A DNA stretch of 64,000 nucleotides, from assembly GCF_009914755.1 (NCBI RefSeq), contig NC_060940.1, one strand, 5' to 3'. This document shows positions 1 through 13,606 of the stretch, piece after piece (within the stretch, counting starts at the first letter, position 1; every line of letters begins with the position of its first letter). A program made the translations under genes and the position numbers. The notes beneath the pieces were generated by a model that had not been told where the DNA came from, searched no databases, and worked only from the letters and a program-made list of their open reading frames with translations. Source of the DNA: the human T2T-CHM13v2.0 reference genome, Homo sapiens.

Positions 1-552
1 TCATCTCTTGCCTTCCATGTGAACATTGCTTTGCAGTTTACACATCAGTTTCACACAAGCAGCCCCAATCTCCTGTCAGCTTTGTGAGGGAGATGGCAGA
101 GATTGTTCTTTTTTTAAGTGATCTTCCTAAAGTCACTTAGTTATGAGGTAGAACAGGGACCAGAATGGGTGGCAGGCATCTTATGCAGTGCTTTTCCTAC
201 TCTAAATGGGGCTATTTCAACCTGATCCCAATATACTGAAATCTCTATGTGGGAATGTTTTCAGTGTTAAGGTTCTCTCTTCCCCACTGTCTCTCCTGCC
301 TGATCTCAGGAAGTAAGTTTATTTTTTAAAGTCCCTACCCCATCATTGAGTGTCATTTGTAGGTAAACATTGTTTCATTTTTTTTTGTACCACGCAAATA
401 CAGATATTTGGCCTGAGTCTTAATAGATGTTAGTATCAGCCAGTAAATCACTTTCCTTTGGATACTTTGTTCAGAAGTTTCTATTAGCAATGTATATCTT
501 TCAAAGAAATAAGAGCCAGAATGTTATCTTTTAAAATAGCTTTTACTTTTTA

Positions 553-881
<329 letters not shown>

Positions 882-1119
882 TCAGCTATATTCCATATAT
901 TTAATAACATCTTGTGTGTTCTTTTCTGATTAAAAAAGCAATATGTGCTTATTTGAGAGAAAAGAAACTCTGGAAAAAAGAGTCTGAAATGAAGAAAGAA
1001 TATAAAAATCAGGTTAATGCCTGATTTAATATATTTCTTTTCAGTCTTTTTCTGTATATGTATGTCTGGAATTATAGTAGTAATATGAATAAAACCAGAT
1101 TTACTGGGAATTAATGACA

Positions 1120-1240
1120 AACATTCTTTTAATCTTCTCAGCAATCCTGAGAAACAAATATTAGCTATATTGCAAAAGAGGAAATTGAGGTTAAATTTAT
1201 GTAGTTACTTAACCGTGGCTGCACAGCTAGTAAGAAGCAT
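1120..1240 (-). mobile_element. MIR remnant
   Basis: gaggaaattgagg...ttacttaacc...cacagctagtaag resembles the antisense MIR core. Confidence 0.6.
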
Positions 1241-1450
1241 GGATTGTATCTTGTCATCTTACCCCACTCGGGGTCTGACATCCCATGTCAGGCCAGCCCT
1301 CCTTCTCCCATAGGGATGCCCTCCTCACCCTACTCAGCGCTGAATGCTGCTCAGGGTTCCTGTGCCTTCTTCTTCCCACCTGGCATGATGCCTCCGCCTC
1401 ACCTAATGGCTTTAAGACTAAATTGTTCAGGAAGGGAAGAAAAGAAGTTA

Positions 1451-1819
<369 letters not shown>

Positions 1820-3214
1820 GCGCTGTATTTTAATGAAAATATTAAATAATGACATTATTCATTGGATTTTGGTGTTATAATGAGTATACACTGTAAAATA
1901 TACATTGGGTCCCTTGAGCTATTGTACATGATAAACAGAAGAAGTTAGCATTATTTTATAGGAGCTGATATCCAAGACATAATATAAAATCTACTCTTCA
2001 TTTCCCATGTCTTATTTTTAGATGTAGGTGATATAGTTGGTATCCTACTGAACTGTGCCAAACACAGCACAATATATCCCAAAGTCTGCACTTAGAATAT
2101 ATATTTTTATTAGGATTTATTATTTTTATTTTATTTGATTTCTGAAATGAATCTTCCTTCATCTCTTTTTTTTAAAAAGTCAAAAGTAAAAGCAACCATG
2201 GTCTAATGCTGCCTTTTCTCTTTACTTTTAAATCCAAATAGCACAAGGAGCCCCGTAGAGGGAGGGACTTCGGCCCCGTGCTGATATCTGAAATCTGAAC
2301 TTCATAGCACTTATGAAAAGGAAACAGTTTAGCTCAATTTATAATAATATATTGGTCTGCAGAGGAAGTGCAGGCTGAACCCTGCTGTCTCAAGTAAATA
2401 CTCCAGGGGTGTCTGATGGGGAACGTGTCGGGTGCCTGTAATAAATCCACTGCCCATGGAAGTGAGTGAAGGCCTTGTTGGCAGTGCCTGAGGACACGCT
2501 TAACTAAGGTTGTCACGGTTTTACTTTTAAATTGGAATCTTTGCCCTAATCTCAGAGTTAGACATGACCAGATTTGCAAACAGATTTACAATTTTCACTA
2601 ATTTTCCAACCAGGACTTCAAAACACACTCAGAGAAAAAAAAATACACTCTGGTCTTTCTCAGAGTAGGATGATTTACTTTGCCACAGATGTTTTCCATA
2701 GACTGAATGTAACCAGGGAGTTAGGGACTTAAAAGTGGCTTGGAGACAAACCATGGGTTTGTTTTTTGTGGAACAGATTATATAGTTCAAGGGACATCAA
2801 CACAATTATGTTTATTAACCAGGAGCTGGGTGTGGAGGTGGGATGTTTCAGGACAAAGGTGAGTGCTAGGTAAACATTTGGGGCAAAAACCCTCTCTTCC
2901 TCCCTTAATTTGTTATTGTTATTCTTTACATGTCACCATTCATGACTCTGTTCTCTCTGCTCTATTTACTTTTGTTTCTTAAGCCCAACTAAATCTCACT
3001 TTCAAGTATTTGTTGTTACTATACCAATCAGCAGTTTCAAAACTTAAGTTGCCAGGTAAAAATTCCACTGCAAAAAAAGAAAACTGCAATAGAAATGTAA
3101 ATGCATAGCCCTTCTTTTTTGGTTTTTCTTTACCTTGTCAACAGTTTAGGGGAGAGTTCTGAAAGGACCATAGGATTTCTATCAGGTAACCAGGTCCCAG
3201 ACTCACCGCATTGT

Positions 3215-3345
3215 CAATTGCCTGTGTATTGCTAGTGCCTCTCTTAGTCTCTGCCTTCACTGTAAAATGGGAGCTTAATGATACTTCCTTCTCAGAGTTT
3301 TTGGGAGTACAAATAAGAAAATGTATGGGAATAGGCTTTGCAAGC
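3215..3345 (+). mobile_element. MIR remnant
   Basis: ctgtaaaatgggag...gatacttccttctcagag resembles the MIR core. Confidence 0.5.
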
Positions 3346-4804
3346 TATAATTTGTAAGTGCAGACTTGTGAAGAGTGGGAACTGGACCATGGCATATTGG
3401 AGAACCAGTGAGACGACTGGGTGATAGAAGAATGCTGAATGCTGTGTTCGTATCCTGCTTCATGCCCAGAGTTTTGTCACCTTCACAAAATACCATTCCA
3501 TACGTATATTTGCTACATATAGGAACTACAAGAAAGGGAAGTTTTACCAATGGATTCTTGAGGGTGAGGAGAATTAACATCTGGTCCATTGGTTATCAGA
3601 GCCCTGTAGTAATCAGTCTTACTTTGGTGGAGGCCAGCTTTACTTTTAGAGCCTGGCCAGTAGTTTTTTATAGATTAAGTTCACCTTCCTTGAAATACCT
3701 ATGGCTTAGAGGCAGCAAGACCCAGAGCACAGAAATATTTGATGTGGTCTAAACTGTAAATTGCCATGCTTCTGTTTTTTGACTCAACATGGCCACTCCC
3801 ACTGGAGTCTGTAGCCCTGTGAGCAGGAAGAACAGAGGTCTCCAGGAGTTTAGACTCTTAAGCGGGGGCTCCCTTGGGACTGAACATGGAAACTGTGGTA
3901 TCTTTGTAAATCCTCCAGGTGTCCCTCAGTTTTGCCCTGATTTAGACATTTTATTCAAAGGAAAAAGCTTTTGTTATTTCTTTCTCTGACCCCATTCCCT
4001 TCCTCACCAACCTCTGAATGACCAGCTAAAGTAAAAAGTACACATAATTTATGGCTTAATCATAAATTTAAAATAATTATACTTTATTACCTCTCATGGG
4101 TCTTGAAATGTAGGTGCTATGTTCTGCTTTCTGCCGAGGCAAGGGAATAATACAGAAACCAGTAATAAATTATAACTTCAGGCTGCAGTTGGTAAGCTGG
4201 AGGAATTGCTATTTAAGTGGAAAGTGCTTGAACAGCCAGATGAGCACCTGTCATGTTTATTTTCACTTTGAAAAGTAGAAACATGACAGTATAGTTTCCA
4301 CTGCCTGTCCAATATGAACTTCTGGCATTCTTGTTATCTTCTCAGGAACTGCACTGTTTGCTTCTTGTGTTCATTTTTTTTTTTTTTCCAGGGATGAGGA
4401 TGTATCTCTCCTCCTGAAACTTTCACTCTAAAATATGCCCCCAAATACTGACATTTTCAAGCTTGTGCTTTTTTACTTGATATCTGATTTTTTTTAAATT
4501 TTTATTTAATAGGGAGAAGGTCATGACTTGTGGAATTTACTCTAAGGATAGGGATCTGAGCAGGTTCCTGAGTACTTGAAAGGCTTTATTTACCTCTTAC
4601 ACTTTTTTGTTACATCCAGGTTTTTGCTCATTTCTCTATCATTTGTGTCTTGAACTTTACCTGAAATGCATGTCTTGAGTGCCTACTAAGGTCCAGGCAT
4701 TGTGCTGGCAGATTTGATATATTTTTGTTTATTCCTTATTACAGGACTATTACATAGTAGACTCTCATTCTGACACTCACTTTTTTTTTCCAGAAAAAAA
4801 AATT

Positions 4805-5035
4805 AATGGAGATTGATTGCTAATGGGTACAGGGCTGCTTTTAAGGCTATGAAAATGCTCTAAAATTAGTTTGTGGTGATGGTTGCACAACTCTGAACGT
4901 ACTAAAATACATTGAATTATATACTTTCTTTTTTCTTCTTTTTGCGGCTTTTGCTCAAAGGAGAATTAGATATTTAAAATGAGTGAATTGTATGGTACAT
5001 GAATTAGATCTCAATAAAACTATTTTAAAAAAAGA
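4805..5035 (+). mobile_element. L1MB-type 3' end
   Basis: gctctaaaattag...gtggtgatggttgcacaactctg...ctcaataaa followed by A tail. Confidence 0.8.
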
Positions 5036-5122
5036 AACTAAAGCTTAGAGAAGTATAATATCTTGTTCAATATGACACTACCTGGTAAAGCTTTTGTCCA
5101 AATTTTTCTGAGACCAAAGCTA

Positions 5123-5554
<432 letters not shown>

Positions 5555-6059
5555 TCAAACTTTGTGGAACTATATGAAATAAAATGTAGACATTCTCTTT
5601 CCCCTTGCTTTCCCATCTGGTCCTTTGTAAGTGTTAGCATAAAGATAGTTATGTTGACATATTTAAATATATGTTGCTGCTGCTGTATTTTTAAAAAACA
5701 TAAATGATACTTTATTATAAATATTACTCTAGTGTTTGTTTTTTGTACGTAATATGTGCTGGAAATTTTTTTATGTCAGTATGTCATTCATATTATTATT
5801 GTTGTTATAAAAATACTACATGCACAAGGAAATAAAAATTGAAAGATTTAAAATGGAAAGTTGAGGAAGATCTAAAATGGAAAGTGAAAAACTCCACCGA
5901 TCCCCAAGTTCCATCCCTTAGAGGTAACTGCTTTTCACTGTATTTGCGTTTTATTCTTTGATTACCTCCCTAACCCTTAAACATATATATACTTGTACTT
6001 TTATTTCTTTAATAACTTTAAGCATTCTTGGTTGTTGATCAGTTAAGAATGACAGAAAC

Positions 6060-6342
6060 AGGCAGATTGCTGGAGCCCGGAAGTTTGAGTCCAGCCTGGG
6101 CAACATGGCAAAACTCTGTCTCTACAAAAAATACAAAAAAAAAAAAAAAAAAAAAAAAAGCCAGGTAAGCCAGCTATGGTGGCAAACACCCGTGGTCACA
6201 ACTACTTGGGAGGTTGAAGTGGGAGGATCAGCTGAGCTCGGGAGGTTGAGCCTAAAGGGAACTGTGATCGCGCCACTGCACTCCAGGCTGGGTGACAGAG
6301 CAAGACCTTGTCTCAAAAAAAAAGAAAAGAAAAAGAAAAAAG
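6060..6342 (+). mobile_element. Alu (AluJ-like, 5' truncated)
   Basis: Diverged Alu body, long A linker, (GAAAA)n tail. Confidence 0.9.
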
Positions 6343-7033
6343 AATTATGGAATTAGTGCTCTGATACTACCTCTCACTCTTGCCAAATTTGGCTAGTTAA
6401 CCTTTACTTTTAGGGGTTTATTTCCTTAATTACTTTCCTTAGAACCAGTTTATAGATACTTTCTCTTGAATTTTAGTGTGTAATGTGGGGAATTAAAGTT
6501 CTCTTTCAGCCATGTCATTACTTTGACATGATTGAGGTTTACAACTTTACATACAGATCTGTAATTTTGATAAGACAAGCACGCTTATAAGTTGATCTGA
6601 AATTAGAAAGCCAGTACATAATGATGTTGATGTAAGTGTTGTTTATTGCAAAATGAGATAGAGTGATGGAATTAATAGGTAGAAAATGTAATCTACTGTA
6701 ACTATCCAACTTGTGCCAATGAATGAAGAATACTGCACATGTCAGGTCAAGATTTTATACTTAATCAAAAGCTCAAAATTATGTACATTTTAGCTTGCTT
6801 TGTATTTGAATCATGACTTTGTTGCATAGTTTCCCTCTCCCCCTGGAGACTTATATTCGTCTTTTTTTTTACTCTTACTGATAGAAGAAGCATGCTATAA
6901 TGATTGCTCAATATCACTAGATGTTTCGTCATGTGACTTGTTCAGTGTTTGATAAACACTGGCTTCTTCATACCCCACCTACCACAGTTATCATACTGGG
7001 ATTTCTTCTCATTGGACACCTTTGCCAATTCCA

Positions 7034-9349
7034 TTAAAAAATCATTTTAGGCTAGGTGCGGTGGCTCACGCCTGTAATCCCAACACTTTGGGAGGCTGAG
7101 GCGGGCGGATCACCTGAGGTTGGGAGTTTGAGACCAGCCTGGCCAACATGGCGAAACCCCATCTCTACTAAAAATACAAAAATTAGCCAGGTGTCGTGGC
7201 AGGCACCTGTAGTCCTAGTGCCTGTTTTAGTTACTGGGGAGGCCGAGGCAGGAGAATCCCTTGAACCTGTCAGGCGGTGGTTGCAGTGAGCCAAGATCGC
7301 ACCATTGCACTCTAGCCTGGGTGACAGAGCAGGACTTTGTCTCAAGAAAAAAAAATATATTTTAAATTTCAGTAGCCTTAGGGATATAAGCAGTTTTTGG
7401 TTCCATGGATGATTTGTATAGTGTTGAAGTCTGGTATTTTAATGTACCTGTCACCTGAGTAGTATACATCTGATAAGTGTTTTGTTTTTCATCCATCACC
7501 CCCCTCCCATCCTCCTCTCTTCTGAATCTCCAATGTCCATTGTACCACTCTCTACACCTTCATTTGCCCATAGCTTAGTGCCCACTTATAAGTGAGAACA
7601 TGCAATATTTGTTTGTCCATTCCTGAGTTACTTCACTTAGAATAATGGCCTTCAGTTTCATCCACGTTGCTGCAAAAGACATGATTTCATTTTTTTTAAT
7701 GACTGAGTAGTATTTCATGGTATATATACATGCCACATTTTCTTTATCTACTCAACAGTTGTTGGGCACTTTGGTTGATTCCATATCTTTGCAATTGTGA
7801 AATGTGCTGCAATAAACATATGCGTGCAGATATCTTTTTGATATAATGACTTCTTTTTCAGGTAGATACCCAGCAGTGGATTGTTGGGTCAAATGGTAGA
7901 GTTACTTTTAGTTCTTTGAGAAATCTCCATACTGTTTTCCATGGAGGTTGTAGTAATTTACATTTCCACCCCCAGTGTATAAGCACTCCCTTTTCACTAC
8001 ATTTCTAGCAACATCTATTATTTTTTGACTTTTTAATAATGGTCATTCTGGCTAGGATAAGGTGATATCTCATTGTGGTTTTAATTTGCATTTCTTTGAT
8101 GATATGTGATATTGAGCATTTTTTCATATGTTTATTGGCCATTTGTATATTTTCTTTTGAGAAATGTCTATTCATGTCATTTGCCCACTTTTTAGTGGGA
8201 TTATTTGTTTTTTTTCTTGCTGATTTGTTTGGATTCCTTATAGGTTCTTTGTCAGATGCATAGCTTGCAAATATTTTCTCCCATTCTGTAGGTTGTCTGT
8301 TTACTCTGATAATTATTTATTTTGTTGTGCAGAAGCTTTTTAGTTTAAGTAGGTCCCGTTTATTTATTTTTTGTTGCATTTGCTTTTGGGGTCCTATTCA
8401 TAAATTCTTGCCTAGCCCAATGTCTAGAAAGAGTTTTCTTCTAGAATTTTTATGGGCTCAGGTCTTAGATTTAAGTCTTTAATCCATGTTGAGTTAATTT
8501 TTGTATATGGTGAGACACAGGGATCCAGTTTCATTCTTCTACATGTGGCTATCCAATGTTCCCGCACTGTTTTGAATAGGGTGTCCCTTTTCCAGTATAT
8601 CCTTTGTCGAAGATCAGTTAGTTGTAAGTATTTGGCTTTATTTATGGCTTCTCCATTTTGTTCCATCAGTCTGTGTATCTACTTTTATACCAGTACCATG
8701 CTGTTTTAGTTACTACAGCTTTGTGGTATAATTTTAAGACAGATAATGTGATGCCTCCAGATTTGTTCTATTTGTTTAGGATTCATTGGCTATTCAGGCT
8801 CTTTTTTGGTTCTGTATGAATTTTAGGATTATTTTTTTCTAATTCTGTGACAAATTACATTGGTATTTTGATAGGAATTGCATCAAGTCTGTAAATTTGT
8901 TTGGGCAGTATGGTCATTTTCATGATATTGATTCTTCCAATCCGTGAGTATGGGATGTATTTCTATTCATTTGTGTCATCTATGATTTCTTTCATCAGTG
9001 TTTTATAGTTCTCTTTGTAGAGATCTTCTACTACCTTGGTCAAGTTTATTTCTAGGTACTTTATTATTATTATTTTTTTTAGCTATTATCAAAGGGATTG
9101 AGTTCTTGATTTGATTCTCAGCTTGGTCATTGTTAGTGCATTGCAGTGCTACTGATTTGTGTACATTGATTTTGTAACCCAAAACTTTACTGAATTTGTT
9201 TTTCAAATCTAGGAGTCCTTGGAAGTGTTGTTAGGATTTTCTACCTACACAATCATATTACTGGCAAACAGAGATAGTTTGACTTCCTCTTTTCAATTTG
9301 GATGCCCTTTATTTCTTTCCTTTGCCTGGTTGCTCTGGCTGGGACTTCC
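7034..9349 (-). mobile_element. 5'-truncated L1 (L1PB-like), 3'UTR plus ORF2 C-terminal part
   Basis: Antisense ORF2 fragments ([25 protein letters not shown]; FSKVLGYKINVHKSVA); TSD tgccaattcca at 7023-7033 and 9350-9360. Confidence 0.92.
7050..7355 (+). mobile_element. Alu (AluS) inserted in the tail of the adjacent L1
   Basis: Full dimer with small internal insertion; aaaaa..atttta TSD-like flanks. Confidence 0.95.
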
Positions 9350-9459
9350 TGCCAATTCCACTTTTACTTGGATCATTTGTATTTCTCTTTCTTAGAATTT
9401 TCTAAAAATTCTGTTATATTTAAATTTTCTAAAAATTATACCATATTTTAGATTCTTCC

Positions 9460-9567
9460 AGGCAAGGACTGTTTTAGCTTTGTATCCTGTACAGCACCTA
9501 ACACAGTACTTTGAATATGGCTGGTGCTTACTAAGTATTTGTTGAACTAATAAGTGAATGAATGAAC
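9460..9567 (+). mobile_element. L2 3' end
   Basis: gcacctaacacagt...gtgcttactaagtatttgttgaa...tgaatgaatgaa. Confidence 0.75.
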
Positions 9568-10530
9568 CAAGAACTGGCTTTTTTTTTTCATTTCATGGTA
9601 GTGTGTCTTGGTTATACAAGCAAAAGGAAGTATTAATTCTATCCTTGAAAGCCCCTGCCTGGGAAAGGTTTTGAAATTCCTTCTCAAACAGATGGCCATT
9701 CACCTAATGCTTGGAGATTACCAGAGACAGAATTTAGAATCTTCCATGGCAGCCTATTCTTTTTCACAGTAACTCATGCTTCTTTTCCTTACATCTAGTC
9801 TAACTAACCACGTGACATCACAGAACTTTCTAAAGAGACACAGTATCTGGATCCATCTGTACATTCCCTTCTAAATTTTTTTATAAGAAAACCATCAAAG
9901 ATAAAAATAATGTGTTGGTTTCTTTTAGGCTGAGGAGGAATGTTTTACTATGCATTTTGAAATTTTTTTGTTCTCTCATATTTCATTCAATTAGAGTCAC
10001 CCTGTTTTGGGGTAATTCTGCATCTGAGTTTGGTGGTGGAATTTTTCCCATTGGCTAACAGTCTTCATATGCCCTCTTTGGCCACCTGTCTATTGAACAT
10101 AATTCCCAAAGGCATGAGCTATAGAAAATTTTTTTTTTTAGGCCTTTATGTAGGTTGTATATCCTGTGTGTGTTATTTGCCACTCCTGTAAAGACAGTGG
10201 AAGAATGACTGTGAATGATGCCATTATTTTTTTCAGTCGATCTTTATTGAAGGTTCGAATTTAGGACTAGGCCGGGAATGAGTTTGACTTTCCTCATCTA
10301 GTCAGTCCCAGCAGCACGTTTCAAGGTCAGACTATATACCTCATGCTGGAAGGTTCCTTAGACTTTGTAATCTAAGCCCAATAAACATCTTTTTTTTTTT
10401 TTGGGGGGGGATATTTATTTACCAAATAAATAGGACAGCACACAGCCATCCGTGAAGGTGATAAGAGCTTTGACTAGTTTTATAAATCTTCCCCTAAATA
10501 TAATTTTCTATGGGAGTGAAAACTCTTTTA

Positions 10531-10839
<309 letters not shown>

Positions 10840-11105
10840 CTAAAGGTACAAAGATATAAATCATAGTCCTTGGTCAATTCATTATAGTGGTTTTGTAGTC
10901 TGTCCTACAGTTGGTTGGGGTAACAACCTCTTTTCTTATTTTTGTTCACACTGCTCTCTCTACCCCCTCATCTAGGTATGTGTATAGCTCATTTATTTAG
11001 GGGTGATGTTAAAAAATTGAATGCCCTTAATGGCAAGGGAACCAACCAATCAATGTGGATGCCACAACTTTTTCCCCTGTTGACTGTTGTTATTGGTATG
11101 GAAGT

Positions 11106-11421
11106 ATTTTTTTTTTCTCCCAGCTTTTATTTCAGGTTCAAGGGATACATATGCAGGTTTGTTACATGGGTAAATTGCATATTGTAGGGGTTTAGTATAC
11201 AGATTATTTCATCACCCAGGTAATAAGCGTAGTACCTGATAGATAATTTTTCGATCCTTACCCTCCTCCCACCTTCCACCCTCAAGTGGGCCCTAGTGTC
11301 TGTTGTTCCTTTCTTTGTGTCCATGTTTACTCAGTGTTTAGCTCCCACTTATAAGAGAGAACGTGCAGTATTTGGTTTTCTTTTCCTGCGTGAATTCACT
11401 TAGGATAAGGGCTTCTAGCTG
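11106..11421 (-). mobile_element. L1PA (older subfamily) 3' end
   Basis: gcaggtttgttacatgggtaaattgc...gctcccacttataagagagaac...; antisense ORF MDTKKGTTDTRAHLRVEGGRR is typical L1PA 3'UTR. Confidence 0.9.
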
Positions 11422-11473
11422 CTTATGTCACCTACTTATGTCACCTACTACTACTAAGCTTTTTGAGAACCTG

Positions 11474-11474
11474 G

Positions 11475-11505
<31 letters not shown>

Positions 11506-11516
11506 ATATATATATA
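11474..11516. repeat. (CT)n(TA)n microsatellite
   Basis: Seen directly. Confidence 0.95.
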
Positions 11517-11932
11517 GGAAGTCCTGGATTCTGGGGCTTCGAGGGCTGACCTGGAGCCTGAGTCCACAAGGGCATACCTGGTGCTAGAGTAGGCTTGGAG
11601 CCTTCGTCTTTGGAGGCCACCCTATCACTGGGGTTCACTGGGGTGGACCTCTGCTTGGTTTACAGAGAAGTTGGGTACTCACTTCATTCTCCTTCCCCCA
11701 CACAAAGGGTATCCCTCTTGACACTGTGCTGCTCAGGCTTCAGGGAGAGGTGACGTAGGTAATTTGAAACTGTTCTTCCTACTCATCAATGTGTCTTTTC
11801 TTATTTCTGTGCTCCATCCAGGCAATGTAATCTTTAACCTGGATTCCTTTGCTCTTATAAAGGTATTCTGTGCATGGATAGTTATTCAAATTGATGTTTC
11901 TACAAGGAGACAAGTGCTATTCTGACATCTTG
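11517..11932 (-). mobile_element. Old L1M 5' region
   Basis: Ends in ...ctattctgacatcttg, resembling the antisense L1M 5' terminus. Confidence 0.55.
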
Positions 11933-12205
11933 CTTGAAAGTAAGGGATTAATTTTTAAACCAGTTTTTAACAATTATTTTCAAGAACTGTTTAGTGATAA
12001 GAAAACAATGCTCAAAATATAAAAGTATCAGGGAAAAAAGATGCAAAATGTTTGTACAACATGATATTAATTTTATATAAACAAAGGATAAACATATTAC
12101 TAAGTATAAAAAAAAACTAGAAGGAATTAGACCAAATAATTATAAATAATATTTTCTCTTCTTTACACTTTTCTATAGTTTGCAAATTCTCTACAATGAG
12201 CATGT

Positions 12206-12308
12206 ACCCTAATTCATCAGTTCCAAGGTAGACATTTTTTCTTCATATTTAACATCTCTGAAATTGGAATCCATCTTAAACTGATGCCTTCTTTGACTGG
12301 ATGATATA
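12206..12308. mobile_element. MER104-like TcMar DNA transposon remnant
   Basis: catatttaacatctctgaaattggaatccatctta resembles the remembered MER104 consensus. Confidence 0.5.
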
Positions 12309-12683
12309 TTATTACTTTTAAATTAAGCAATACAAACTTTAAAAATAAGTATCCTTATGTTTTAAAGCTTCAAACGGAAATGTTCAATAAAGAGATTCTC
12401 AGGAAAGAGGTATTCATTCACCAAATAAATAGGACAGTAAACAGTGATCAGTGAAATTGGTAAGAGCTTTGGCTAGTTTTGTAAATCTTCCCCAAAATAA
12501 AATTTTTCCATGGAAGTGAAAAGTCTTTCAACAAAACAAGTATAGAGATAAAGATAATCTCAAGGTACATAACTTCCCCTCTCCTTCTCCCCTTTTTTTA
12601 GAATTAACTTTTATGGAATGCTCAGTTTGTTGATGGGTTTTGAAGAGAATAGATTCTTGAGGTTAATAATTGATTTTTGCTTT

Positions 12684-12992
12684 GCTTTCTTTTCTTTTTT
12701 TTTCCTTTTTGTGAGACGGGGTCTTGATCTGTCACCCAGGCTGGAGGGCAGTGGTGGGATCTCGGCTCACTGCAACCTCCGCCTCCTGGGTTCAAATGAT
12801 TCTCCTGCCTCAATCTCCTGAGCGGCTGGGACTATAGGCTCGTGCCACCACGCCCAGCTGATTTTTGTATTTTTACTAGAGACGGGGTTTCACCATGTTG
12901 GCCAGGATAGTCTCGATCTCTTGACCTCATGATCCGCCCACCTCGGCCTCCCAAAGTGCTGGGATTACAGGCATGAGCCACCTTGCCTGGCC
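12684..12992 (-). mobile_element. Alu (AluSc-like)
   Basis: Full antisense Alu; TSD gatttttgcttt at 12672-12683 and 12993-13004. Confidence 0.95.
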
Positions 12993-13477
12993 GATTTTTG
13001 CTTTCTAAATAAGCAAAAAGATCTTTAATCCACTTTAGCCAGGGCTACCTTTCTCCTTTATTCTTCCAAGTTGTAACTCTTCCCAGGAGACTGCAGAGTA
13101 TAGCGAGTTGGGGAAAAGGAAAGATGAGAAGGGAGAGAGGTTAGATTGACAGAAAAGATAATTAAATGGTTTTCTCCATTTTCCCCTTTGTATGTGCAGA
13201 GCCCATCACTTCTGCCCACAGTTCCACTAAACTGTGAAGACCAGAATCTCTCAAAGTTAATGAATGAAACAGAAGAAGCCACTTCAACCTCCAATTTCTG
13301 TTTCTATGTCTTCTGACCTCCTTCTTTACACATCCTATCTCATATCCAATTTTCCATTAGCAATTAAGAAGGATAGCTATGGTTTCTGGCTAATACCTGG
13401 GGAGAGAAAAAGGATGTTCTCTCCAAATATGTGGTAAGTTTCTAGTATGTGCAAGGTTCTACATGCTGTGTGTAGTA

Positions 13478-13606
13478 TAAAAATATATATCACTATATAT
13501 CATATCAATGATATATATATTTCATTATATGATTTATATATCATATAAATATATATCACTGTATATTAAATATATTTTAATGATATTTATATATATATCA
13601 TATATA
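13478..13606. repeat. TA-rich low-complexity tract
   Basis: Seen directly. Confidence 0.9.

Noticed and set aside
1244-1450. C-rich segment with overlapping ORFs (1244..1486, 1285..1524)
   Set aside because: Resembles an old interspersed repeat I could not name; no coding evidence.
4374-4400. Poly(T)-CCAG acceptor-like site (similar at 4780-4793)
   Set aside because: No convincing downstream donor at exon distance.
5843-5885. Short direct repeats (aagat.taaaatggaaagt x2; also cttatgtcaccta x2 at 11422-11447)
   Set aside because: Ordinary slippage duplications with no evident function.
7356-9349. L1 ORF2-like peptides as an active retrotransposon
   Set aside because: 5'-truncated, fragmented by stops and frameshifts; the same applies to 19822-24575 and 30400-31776.
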